From NCBI GenBank assembly GCA_964016885.1, contig OZ024740.1:367784001-367848000 (forward strand): 64,000 nucleotides of DNA, read 5' to 3'. Under the pieces are notes generated by a model. It ran no database searches. It was not told the origin of the DNA and saw only the letters and a program-made list of their open reading frames with translations. The position numbers and the translations under genes are program-made. Positions 1-12,349 of this stretch are shown piece after piece. Source of the stretch: Eledone cirrhosa (Eukaryota). Positions within the stretch are counted from its first letter, which is position 1, and each line of letters begins with the position of its first letter.

Positions 1-419
1 CAAAAGATGTTCCGAAACTATATATCAACAGACAAACGGGTGGTGTATTGCAAAGATGACAAAAAACTTTGCTGGAAACAGACACGTAAATCTAAACACA
101 ACGTAGCTAGATAGAAAATCTCACGCTTATAATAAAGTTACAATAAATCAGTCACTGATATATAAAATGACACAGCATTGTTACGCATGGCTTATTCCAA
201 TTAATATAACACTAACTTCACATAACATTCATTCTAGGAAATGAACGAATCAATTCAAACACACATCTCCTTACACGAAACCAGTTTTTAAGAAGCTGTG
301 AGGCTTATCCCAATTCTCTAACCACGAATATATATATAACTTTCTGAATATCATCTGTCCTCCTCTTCCATTCCTACGATTTAATGTGAATATCACTAAA
401 TATTCTGTACATGATGGCA

Positions 420-420
<1 letters not shown>

Positions 421-484
<64 letters not shown>

Positions 485-511
485 ATAACACATACGCACT
501 CACACACTAAA

Positions 512-548
<37 letters not shown>

Positions 549-634
549 CACATATATATATATATACACATATATATATATATATATATACACATATATA
601 TATATATACACATATATATATATATACATATATG

Positions 635-666
<32 letters not shown>

Positions 667-675
667 CATATATAT

Positions 676-725
<50 letters not shown>

Positions 726-932
726 GTACTTGATCTGATTAGCCTCATTTGCATATGGAGCTGTGTAAGTTGGCTCACCTAAAGAGTAGAAATAAAATTT
801 AGCTCCGATATAGCAGTATACATAGAGGTATATGAATATCGTATATGAAAAGATATCCGGTATGTGTATATATATAAATATACATATATATATGTGTGTG
901 AGCGTGCGTGTGCGTGTGTGCATATGTGTCTG

Positions 933-975
<43 letters not shown>
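421..975. repeat. Compound (CA)n/(TA)n microsatellites
   Basis: Directly visible dinucleotide arrays. They explain the YI/HT/CV pseudo-ORFs. Similar arrays recur throughout the window. Confidence 0.95.
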
Positions 976-980
<5 letters not shown>

Positions 981-1194
981 ACATATAATGTCAGCTAACT
1001 GCGATGACCATCAACATATAAAATGTCGTTGCGTGTTGCTGCCACTGGATAAATGCGTTGCAAAGAAACTTCAAACCGCGCGCCCTGAATATCTTAAAAG
1101 ACACAATTTAGTTCCACCAAGATAACACCCCAGTGAGAAAATTTGCTCCGAACGAAATGCCCGGGTCCGAAGGAACCTGCAGCTGTAGAATCAG

Positions 1195-1378
1195 CCAGAT
1201 CCATACAATGATCATGTCTCGAGCTACCTGCCGGCGAAACAATTGTAACACGCAATAAACTGTGTCCAGATGCATCGCTGATTTTTCGTTTTTTTATTAT
1301 ATCTAGACTCCGCTCTGTATGAATATTGAATGCTAATTTTGGCATACCGCCTATGGAAGCACCATAGCTACCATTATA
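1195..1378. repeat. Interspersed repeat copy; same family at 61205-61430
   Basis: gatccatacaatgatc..ccggcgaaacaattgtaacac..ctgatttttcg matches 61335-61430 directly, and 1268-1378 matches 61205-61310 in reverse complement. Confidence 0.75.
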
Positions 1379-1383
1379 CACAC

Positions 1384-1478
<95 letters not shown>

Positions 1479-2339
1479 TAGATAGATATATACATATATA
1501 AACGTGTCTGAGTGCGTGTGATAGTTTAAATTCCATTTTGGTTGTGTAGGTTTTAATATATTTTTGGCATTTCATTGAATTTCTAAATACTTACTTCCAC
1601 TTACTAATATTGCGACAATTCATATAAAAATACATTATTTTGAATGCCCGGTTTGCATCAGCAAAATAGCCAATTAAATGTATTCATCAACATTTTAGTG
1701 AGCGTTTAATTACTGGAGGAAATCCGACTGAAATTTATTTACATTCTTAATTTCCTTTGAGTCAGTACACGTAGAGAACAAATGGGCATGCTCTTTTGTT
1801 GTTTTAGTTGTTTTAGTTGTTCAAACATAGGTATACATGTTAAGTGTAGAGCAAATTTACTAGTGGCATAATGTCTAGTTCCATTCGAACGTGTTCTTCC
1901 TTGTTATGATAGTGTACGTAAACTATTCTTCTGAGGAAGATTTAGTTACTATTTCTAAGAATCAGTCTGGTTTGAAGGGGCTCACTTGCTGATACAGAAT
2001 ATGTCATTGCTGTGTTTATCCTGCTTCAACTAGGGTAAATCGTGAATGTAATGGTTGATATTCAGCTACGACGATTCTCCCTTTAATTTGATACATAGCG
2101 TAACTGAGGATACATATCTTTCTGTCTTAAGAATACATCGTCTTTTTCATTAAATAATTTGACATGTTTATTGATATAGAAAGAAAATGTTAATATTCAT
2201 CAAATTTAAAAGTAAAATATACATATCTACTATTCATCAGCATTTACATATTTAAAAAAAATACATGGAAAAGAAATACATAAAGAACATAAATAACGAA
2301 AATGTGGGAAAAGAGTAGGCAACTGATGATTGTACACAC

Positions 2340-2790
2340 CATGCTAAGCGGTATAATTCAGCGACGTCACTCAGAGTAATTGTCAAAGGCATTACCGTAG
2401 AGAACAGCCACTAAACTTGCTGCAACAGTCATTCTAACCCACGCATCTCCAGGCTCAAACAGGTTAAACTCAACCCGATTTAGCGGAAGAAAACGGCACA
2501 TTGAAAACAGAAACTAGAGGCTTCGAAGGCGATCGCTATAAAACGGATGTCAGAATGACTATAGCTATCTTCCTCACTCGCAGGTGACGGAGAGTGTTGC
2601 CAAAGTGACATGATTGGAGGCGGAGAATGTGTCACGTCAGATGACACCGAAAATTAGAGATTTGCGTCTCTCGAATGAAAAGTGCGTTATCCCGTTTGGG
2701 CGAGTTGTGACGGAACACCGGCAGTCAGATAGCAGAGAAATTTACCTTCGAAAGCAAGCAGAAAAGCAAAAGATGTAAAGGTTTCTATTT
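2340..2790. promoter_or_regulatory. Candidate CpG-rich promoter region
   Basis: Locally GC/CpG-rich unique sequence in an AT-rich background. It has CRE/ATF-like motifs (gacgtcac about 2364, tcacgtca about 2632) and an inverted CCAAT (attgg about 2613). No transcript evidence. Confidence 0.35.
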
Positions 2791-3203
2791 GTGGGCTTTC
2801 GCGAAATACAACTTACATTAGTATCGATTTTACATTTAATACTGGGAGGCATCTAAATACCAAGTAGCAATTATATAGTAGTGTCAAGATAATTGATTGC
2901 TTATGTTCTCTCTTTAAAGGCACTGTATCTGGAATAAATGAAATAGATATTGGCTAAATTTTGACTAATTATACATTCTGTATATGTTGCCTTGAACGTG
3001 TTCTTGTATTTGTCATATGTCAGATATAAGAATGATTGAACGAATAAAATTATACAGATACATTATAGCTGAGATTACTACATGAGTTATTCAAAGGCCT
3101 AGAATTATGTGCCAAAGCACTTTTAAAAGTTTGATAAGTACTTTAGCATGAATTTCCCGGCCCTTGAGTAATACTTGTAGACATTTGAGCTAATAATAAT
3201 AAT

Positions 3204-3345
3204 AATTGTTTCTACTTTAGGCACAAGGCCAGCAATTATCCAGTTCATTACTGGTACTTTATTTTATCGACCCCGTAAGGATGAAAGGCAAAGTTAACCT
3301 CGGCGGGATTTGAACTCAGATCGTAAAGGGACGTAACTATGCTGG
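3204..3345 (-). mobile_element. tRNA-derived SINE, 5'-truncated
   Basis: Reverse complement of the B-box-containing SINE (gagttcaaatccc) with the shared tail gtgcctaaagtagaaacaattatt. Confidence 0.85.
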
Positions 3346-3377
3346 AATAATAATAATACTCATTAATATTATTATTA

Positions 3378-3560
3378 TTGGTGGATTGGCAGTATCGTTA
3401 GAGGGTCGGACGCCATGCTTAGAGTTACGGCCCTTTACAGTCTGAGTTCAAATCCCGTCTAGGTTAACTTTACCTTTCATCCTTACGGGGTCTATAAAAT
3501 AAAGTACCAGTAATACACTGGAATAATTGGTGGTCTTGTGCCAAAAGTAGAAACAATTAT
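3378..3560 (+). mobile_element. tRNA-derived SINE of octopod type, near full length
   Basis: A-box-like tggcagtatcg, B box gagttcaaatccc, central ctttcatccttacggggtc..aaaataaagtaccag block and an (ATT)n tail. At least 8 copies are in the window. Confidence 0.85.
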
Positions 3561-4157
3561 TATTGTTATTATTATATAGCATGTATACACTGACACGAAC
3601 ACGGACACTGCCCCACTGTGGACACTAACGAAAACATTTTCATCTCTAAGGTCCATGACCTCTTACCAATATATACAATTATAGCAGGTAACATTTTGAA
3701 ACAAACATATCCAGTTAATGAATGGATTGAATGGGTTGGATTTAATAATTGTGTGCTGAGGGCGTGAGTGGAGATGTTGTGAGCATACGTCACGCCTTTT
3801 GAATAAGCTTTGGCTACATCAGGAGATAGGTAGCTAATTCGAGGTCCACCTGCATGTGTTTATGTGAATATTCTTCTCGTCATCATTGATTTGAGAATCT
3901 ATTTTAACTGCGGGCTGCTCGGAATAAGTGGTGTAAAATGATAATAAAATAAAATATCAATTTTGCCTTTATTATACCCATCGTTACGCAAACATTACGC
4001 TATACATTTTAATATCTTGCAGATTATTATCATTCCAGTTATGGTGATCAAGTTTATCAGATGAAATATGGATTTACCTTCGTTTTCCATGATTATATTT
4101 ACGTTTCAATTAAACCTGTATTTTGAAAATAATCTCTAATCGAATAGTAGTAGATAA

Positions 4158-5814
4158 CACCGTGTAACAAAAACATTTTTTTTTCTCTTCCTGGCTTGTA
4201 ATCACTTTTTGTGTTGCTTAGGTCCCAAATAAATAACAAAGTGCTATTGAACAGTTAAAAGTTTGAGTTTGTAAACATTCTAAGCTATTTACTAGAATTA
4301 TTTGTATGCTGGATTTTACGTTGTATGTAAGTTTAATTTGCTTGTGTTAAATGATTTTTTTAATATATGTTTCAGGTTAAATTAAAATTATAAATTAAGG
4401 AGTAATACCTAAAGAAAATTATAAAAGTGCAATAAAGTATAAAATTGTTAAAAAGTGGATTAAAGCGATTTATTGATACTCGATTTTCGCACCCTGAATA
4501 AAGGGTAAGTTGTGTTTTAAGCAATCGTCTCCAGGATGAAACAGTGGAACTTGGTCAAGGAGGAAGTGCAGATGACAAGTCAGAGAGTTGACACGAACCT
4601 TTCTCAGGATTTTACACTCTTAGGGATGGCCTTTGCTTCTGCCATGACGTGCCTGGACTGTTTGACGTTATTGGGGTGCCGTTTGTGCCTAGGGAGTGGC
4701 GGATATTTATAGACAGCTCCACCACAAGTTTGAAGGAGGATTACTACAGTGTGAAAGTCCTCTTGGAAGCTCTGCAATACAACCAGTACAATTGGGAAAT
4801 CATTGGAGACTTCAAGATGGTGGCTTTCCTGCTTGGAATCCAAGGAGGCTTTATCAAATTCCAATGCTTCCTCTGCCTTTGGGACAGCAGAAACACCTCT
4901 GACCACTACAAAAGAAAGAACTGGAAGCAGCGAACAGAATTTGTAGTTCGGACCGGGAACTTCATGTGGGAGCCACTGGTTGATCCGAGGATTGTGCTCA
5001 TGCTGCCACTGCACATTAAGTTGGGGTTGATGAAGCAGTTTGTGAAGGCTCTCAACCAAGAATCAGCCGCTTTTAAGTACCTTCTTGAGTTCTTCCCCAA
5101 GTTATCTGAGGCCAAAATCAAAGCTGGAATTTTTATTTGACCTCAGATAAAGAAGGTGTTTGAGTCTACCGAATTCTACAATAAGCTCAATAGAATTAAG
5201 AGAACAGCATGGAACTGTTTCAAGGGCTTCCTGGGCAACTACAGAGCTGAGGACTACCAGCAATTGGTGCGGGATCTGGTAAAGGCTTTTGGCGCCATGG
5301 GATGCAGGATGTCGCTTAAACCCCATATGCTGGACGCTCACCTGTAAAAATTCAAGGACAATATGGGCGCCTACTCAGAAGAACAAGGCGAACGATTCCA
5401 TCAAGATGTGAAAGAGATAGAGCGGAGGTACCAGGGCCACTACAATGAAAAATTGATGGGGGAATACATCTGTGGGCTAGTGCGGGAATGCGACCTGGAC
5501 TACAACCTCAAATCCAGGAAATCCAGTCATTTCTGACGTGTATAAGTTGCTTTATAAGTGTTATTTGTTTTTACTTGTTTGCTTTTGATAAGCTTGTATA
5601 ATAAAATAAATATATACTTTGTTGATTTAATTATATGAATGATAAATTAAAAAAAATATGTTTTTTCTTGAAAAATATGAACATTTCGAAATATCAAACT
5701 CTTGACCACAAACCTAAACTTCTGATTACATAGTAGTATTTTCTGATAATAATGGGATATAAAAAACAGGAAATGATAGTTAGGACCGGGGAACAAAACA
5801 TATCTTATACTGTG
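4158..5814 (+). mobile_element. Chapaev3-like (CMC) DNA transposon, internally deleted
   Basis: Starts taa|CAC (4158) and ends GTG|taa (5814): a 3-bp TAA duplication with imperfect terminal inverted repeats. Transposase motifs WRIFIDSS, PLHIKLGLMKQF and SEEQGERFHQD are present. Family assignment is from recalled motifs. Confidence 0.75.
4520..5536 (+). pseudogene. Transposase pseudogene (C-terminal catalytic region)
   Basis: ORFs 4649-5140 and 5156-5347 plus the continuation to 5536 are interrupted by in-frame stops. The N-terminus is absent. Confidence 0.8.
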
Positions 5815-8609
5815 TAATCTCTAACATAATATGTCATTTTGTGATCTCAACCGTCAATATCAGGTCGCTTGTGTTGTAGTTTACTTTTTATTTTATAATT
5901 AGTTTTATCCAGATATCCTTTTCATAGATGGGGTAGATTTTCGTCTTAATAGAGTGTTGTCCTTTATATAATTTACCGGTGCAGTGTATTATGTATTATA
6001 ATCTCGCCTATGTTGAATTTGCGCGTAATAATTCCACATTCAATGAAATAAGGTACCGGCCAAGTCTTATGACCACCATAATCTATTTTCACTCCTGAAT
6101 CACACGCCACCTCTGAAGGCAAAATATTCCTGATCTTGTGTCTGAATTAGAAACCATTATTCTAAAGATTTCGTCGACTTCCACGTATTAACTAATGTGT
6201 GGTTAGTGTCTCCTGTAAATGCTCATGCATCTAGTAACGATGTAACTAAAATTTCAGTTGTGATTTAACTTTCCTGTTTGTACATTTCCAAAATTTATTT
6301 GCTGCAGATATTGCATTATATTATTACTTTTCAGATCTTTAAAATCTTATTACATTGTCAATTTATGTGTTAAGAATATCAACTAAATCTCATTCTAATA
6401 AAACACTATCGTTTTAAAATATCAGTTGTGTTCCGTAATATAAAGACGTGGGATTGTTGTGAATCTAAGCAACATAAATAACTATAATTGGGAGGCTTTA
6501 CTTCTATTCCCTGTGAGAGAAATACGCTATACCGTAATGTCCAATGGTTTTGAACTTTTCAGTAATATAGTTAATCAGTGTCAGTATTTGTATCTATTCT
6601 ACTACTTAAAGAGCTACACTCAGATCGCCATGATTAAGATCCGTACTCGAAAATTGCGAACGATGTGCATGTTGTGTGATTATCATATTTCCTTTGTACT
6701 TTCTAAATACTCACCCTGTATAAATAGGCTGACTATACACGAGATTATCATATGTTCAAACATATTTGTAGTGATCATAATAGTGACATTTATCAGACGG
6801 AACATTTTAATGTTTTCTTGGCGAAAGGGATCCTCCTTAATATGCACCCCCACACTACACATTTTCAAATATGTGGCTTCATTGAATTTCATTGCGGCGG
6901 TAAGTTTAGATTATTGTGTCATGTGTTCAAATTTCCCTTTCTTGTCATTACACGTTTGATACATATTCATGTTTTCCACAATTTAGTGTCCGATTTCTTT
7001 CTATAGTCAGATTATCTTCCTATGAAGAATGATTCTTTTTGCAGGCAATAACTGCAATTTAATTCGAACACGAAAACGATGGTTCTAACAATCCATCACT
7101 CTGCACCATTCCATTTTAGCAACGAATCAGAGCAGATTGTATTATTGTGTTATGTATACACACGTTCGAATATTTAATAATGTACTCTTAAATCATTTTT
7201 GAAAATGAGGAAATGTATAATTTAAATTCTGGATAAAGCATTCACGTTCTGACAAACAACCAAAACAAAAACAATGAAACAATCTATGCGCAAAACAAAA
7301 ATGAGGCTTAGTCATAGTACATTCTATTCACCAACATTAAAATAACATTGATTGTATAGTTACAGTTTAGATTTACACATATATTTAAATAAAATTTTCC
7401 TGTCTGATACGTATACAAATATGAATAAATAGTTAAATATATAACGGGCAATAAAAAATATATTGTATTGATCGATTACGAATTAAGATGAAATTTTCTA
7501 TAAAGAACAAAATATAACTTATAAATATATTGGCTGTTTTAATGTTAAATATCAACAGATTTCATGTCTGGAAATGAGTATGATCTTAAAATAACAGAAA
7601 CAACTCAAACCCAGCACAAAATATTCTGCATATCGATCGATTTTCTTCGAATAGCAGTCCCATTTCTATCAGACCGTATCATATCATATTTAATTTAGCT
7701 AGACATATTATGGCTGAATAAATACCCTTTGTCCACGTTTAATATTCATTTGAGCATAAATCTACTTGATCAGAGTTGATTTCGCTGTAAAACAACGATA
7801 ACTGCTTTAGGGACACGATAACACACGTAATGTACATAGTAATTTGTCACAGTTAGATAATCAGTTATAATAACTAGTTCTGAAGATGATGACAGCGGAT
7901 CAATCTTTAGTTTCAAATGTGAGTATTCAGTTGTCAAATCAATTAAACTTCTACGCTGTTAAATTATCTCATATGTGGACATGTATTATACAGATATTTT
8001 TATGTATAAATCACAGATCGAACGATTAGGAGACGGTATGTGACCTAGAGAGGCCCCTGAATATCAGACACGAAAATATTTGAAACAAACATTGCAATGG
8101 AAATCCTTGTCCTCAAAATTCTTTAATGATTCAAACCGTTTGTGTTGCACCGCGCTTGACTTTAAGCTCAGTAACAAATTTAGCAAAAATCAGTTTTGAG
8201 ATCTTAGTTTCAGATAATTGTATCGCAAAAAATAAAGCACATAAAATTCTACTAAAAAGCGAAAACCTGCATTAATTACCGAACAACCGAGTATATATAT
8301 ATATATATATTATATAAAATAGAAAACACAGGTAAGCATTAAGAGAAGGATTTTATCCAGGCATTTACGACCGTTTTATTGGTAAGTGCAACCTTATATT
8401 GCTATACTGCAAATAGCAGCCACTAAATTATAATTGTTGTTCACAGTCCAAATTTTCAAAATAGTGAGTCTACTCCAAGATTGAACGGAATTCTTACAAA
8501 CTTGTGGAGTTACCCTAACCGTACGTTGAAACCATCCATGAAATTGGCTTTCTTAACCAAGAACTGGATCACAATAAGCAATTGTTTGCTTATATATATA
8601 TATATATAT

Positions 8610-9918
8610 AATAGAATATAAAAGAAAAAAAACAAACACAGATATATAGATATAGGTGTTTAAATCGTAAGAGACCAGATTCGCTAAGGTGAAAAGAATA
8701 CTAACTATAAGAAAAAATTAAGAAAATAAATACATATGGGAATTGTGGCAACTACCAATCACCCAGACAACTTGTTGTTGTTTCGCAAAGTTAATTGTGA
8801 ACAGATATACTCTTCCAAGCTCATCAGTGGGTGATGAATTAGTATCCTAGACACATCTATGTATGCTATATATAAAATATAAAACAGCGCACATGGCATA
8901 CTAGCGAGTCTCACAAACCCACACCAATAAAAATAGCAGCCAGGTTTACCCGACATTTGAAATAGCTCAACACATTAACGGAGCCGAATATATTAAAGGT
9001 ATATATTGAGTTAGAAACTCAAAATAGTCTCTTACAACAAAATAGCTCCAAGAAAGATATATTTCTGAGCCGTATATTATAATAGAATATGAAAGAAAAA
9101 CACAGACACAGATATATAGATATATGTGTTTAAATCGTAAGGGATCAGATTCGCTAAGGGGAAAAGAATACTAACTATAGACAATTGGGTTCGCTTGTCT
9201 CAATTTAAGAAAGAATTTAAAAAATGATTGTTTCTACACGACAAGGCCAGCAATTGTCTCAGTGTATTACTGGTACTTTATTTTATCGACCCCGTAAGGA
9301 TGAAAGGCAAAGTTAACCTCGGCAGGATTTGAACTCAGTCCGTAAAGGGACGTAACTGTGCTGCAAAGAATGGCGTCCGAACCTCTACTGACACTGCCAA
9401 TCCACCGCCATTAAAAATTAAGAAAATAATTGTTTCTACTTTAGGCACAAGGCCAGCAATTATCCAGTGCATTACTGGTACTTTATTTTATCGACCCCGT
9501 AAGGATGAAAGGCAAAGTTAACCTCGGCGGGATTTGAACTCAGATCATAAAGAGACGTAACTCTATGCCTCAAAGCATGGCGTCCGACTCACTACCGATA
9601 CTGCCATTATATTAGTATATCTATTCACAATTAACTTTGCGAAACAACAAGAAGTCGTCTGGGTGATTGGTAGTTACCACAATTCCGGTTTGTATTTATT
9701 TTCTTAATTTTTTCTTAAATTGAGACAAGCGAACCCAATTGTCTATAGTTAGTATTGTTTTCCACTTTGCGAATCAGGTCCCCTACGATTTAAACACATA
9801 TATGTGTTTGTTTTTACTTTTATATTCTATTATAATATACGGCTCAGAAATATCTCTTTTTTGGAGCTATTTTGTTGTAAGAGACTATTTTCAGTTCCTA
9901 ACTCAATATATACCTTTA
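8610..9918. mobile_element. Fold-back repeat (Penelope pseudo-LTR-like) interrupted by two SINEs
   Basis: 8993-9212 is the reverse complement of 9712-9918, and 8610-8810 is the reverse complement of 9620-9835. It is flanked by TA/CA arrays. A related piece lies at 32750-32850. Confidence 0.65.
9227..9607 (-). mobile_element. Two tandem SINE copies (9227-9410 and 9427-9607)
   Basis: Both match the SINE consensus in reverse orientation. Confidence 0.85.
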
Positions 9919-9935
9919 ACACACACACACATACG

Positions 9936-9967
<32 letters not shown>

Positions 9968-9983
9968 AGTTTTAATATAGATG

Positions 9984-10034
9984 AGATTCTACAGGACTAG
10001 AACTGTTTCATTCTTTAGAAATCATCAGGAATCT
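9984..10034 (-). ncRNA. Type I hammerhead ribozyme motif (family A)
   Basis: Minus strand reads agattc CUGAUGA u-uuc-uaaa-gaa-u GAA ACAG uucuaguc CUGU A gaaucu: 6-bp stem I, intact core, GUA site. It lies in repeat 9968-10412, which has inverted ends. Confidence 0.7.
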
Positions 10035-10502
10035 GGCTTTCCAAAAATAAATGTTGTGGTATTTATATCTTTTCAGGTGGGGAGTGGGATGGATGGGGGT
10101 CATCGGTTGACAAAAAAAGGAATTCATTAAAAGCTAATTCTTTAAGGCTATAATTTATATTTAGAGTGACAAAGGCAGAAAGAATTCTATAAACAAGTTC
10201 GGAATGGGGTGCCACACCTTATTTTTAAGTTTCTCTTAAGCTAACAATGCCTATATTTCAGATGACTATAAGATGGTAGGGGGTCGGTCATGGTTGATGG
10301 ATTTAAAGAAAAGGGAAATTCTTTAAAAGCTAATTCTTTAAAGCTCTACTTGGAGTGACAAAGACCAAGAGAATTCTATAAACCCTGTAGAATCTCATCT
10401 ATATTAAAACTGTTATACTCTGCTATGTATTGAGTACTTTACTTACTGTGGTTACCTCCGATTCAACCCGCAATAACGTGTATATATATATATATATAAT
10501 AT

Positions 10503-10690
10503 AGTTAAACAGCGATGAACTGGACTCCACCTGCCGGCAAACGGAAGCAGGTTTGCCCCAACATCACCTGGCAACGAACGTTCCAAAAAGACCTGATGGC
10601 AGCCAACATCACTTTGCATGGACTCGAAAAAGCCGCCGCTGATCGTGATCATTGGCGATTACTTACTATTCGACCCGAGAGAGAGAGATA
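10503..10690 (+). mobile_element. RTE-like LINE 3' fragment
   Basis: Translates to WTPPAGKRK..PNITWQRTFQKDLM..AAADRDHW, typical of RTE ORF C-termini, followed by a (GA)n tail. Confidence 0.55.
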
Positions 10691-11065
10691 AGGGGGATGG
10701 GGGAGGGAATAGTTTAATTAAATCGAAGCATTGTGAGATATGTAGTAAAAGACTGATACATTTTGAAAGGCTGGTACAATACGTTATAAAAATACGAAGA
10801 GCAAATGATGACAAAACACAACAAACTAAGGTGTTATCCAGTGTATTTTAGCCTGATGCAAAGCTAAAATATCTAGGGAGTTTAGAAAGAAAGGAATAGA
10901 TGGTGTTAATGGTGGCGTTGGTAGTGGAAGGTTTTGCTACATTCCTTCAAGGCGAGTGTCTAAAAGACTGACAGCAACAGTTGACTTTTATCAGTCAACT
11001 GTTGCTGTCGTTAACATCTTTCACTCTTTTTTGCACTATACTTCAAGGAAGCTAAAATATGTATG

Positions 11066-11096
<31 letters not shown>

Positions 11097-11318
11097 ATTG
11101 AACAATGAAAATAAGAGAAAGGACAGAGATAGGTGATTAATAGTTTCATTGTTTTACGATCGTTTCAGTGGGTTGATTGATCATGGTAGATCGGTATATC
11201 GACGTGCAGGTAGTTGTACGTAGCTACTTCTTTGTAGCCTCAAAATCCTTGATCAATCTCACCATCTTTTTCAGAAACCCTGCTGCTGTTAATACTACTA
11301 ACACCACCAAACATCCCC

Positions 11319-11455
<137 letters not shown>

Positions 11456-12349
11456 GGGAAGAAGACGCACGAGGTGACGGAGGTCATGAAATCGCTCCCG
11501 TAAGTTTTGAATTTTTAACATATTTAAATCATTTGTGAAATAACAACTCTTAGTACAAATGCTACATAACGCACCCGGCTTGAGCCCCCAAAAAATTCAG
11601 ACCCAAAATATATTGTTATAAGGCTCAAATATTCAAATATTCAACTTTGTATTGTACACTGTATATCCAAAAAAGAAAATGGCTATAAATGGAAGAAGAA
11701 CCCCCCCTCCCCCCCTCCTCTGTCTACACTATATAGGACAGCCAAACTCACCAACACCAGAAACTAGATACACCACCCACCCCATCATCTGTGTACACTA
11801 AACACAACAGCCAGATAACGGCATTTTCAACCGCTCACTACGGCCATCATTACCACCATTATCCCATCACCGCCGCCACCACCCCTTCACTCCTTCACTG
11901 CTGCCACCGCTACAGCACCATCACTACAGTAATACGGTCACATCACCGCCACCACTGCCTCGGTATCGACATCACCACCACCACTGTCTCAGTATCGCTA
12001 CCGCCGCCAGTCTCCCACTTCTCCCTGCTGGCTGCTACATCCACATTATAGAATTCCTACTACTAACAAAGAGGAAGGCATCAAAATATATAGATAGACT
12101 CAAAAGAAAAAAGAAAAAACAAACAACAAAACCAAAGCAGCACAGCAACAACAGCAAAAACGAGAAAAACAAACAGAGAAAAACAAAAACAAAAAAAGAA
12201 ACCCCAAAAACGTAAAGAAAATAAGAATGAAGAGAGAAGCAGGCGGACGGACAGAGAAGAGGGGGGGAAAACTAAAACTTAAAAAACAAAAACTAAGTCA
12301 GACATTCGAACACTACATTACAATGAAACTTATGCTTATTCATTTTTGG

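Noticed and set aside
271-1575. Numerous [12 protein letters not shown] ORFs here and throughout the window
   Set aside because: They are translations of dinucleotide microsatellites, which lack stop codons.
6459-6959. 166-aa ORF
   Set aside because: No recognisable motifs, composition matches AT-rich non-coding DNA, and no splice or start support.
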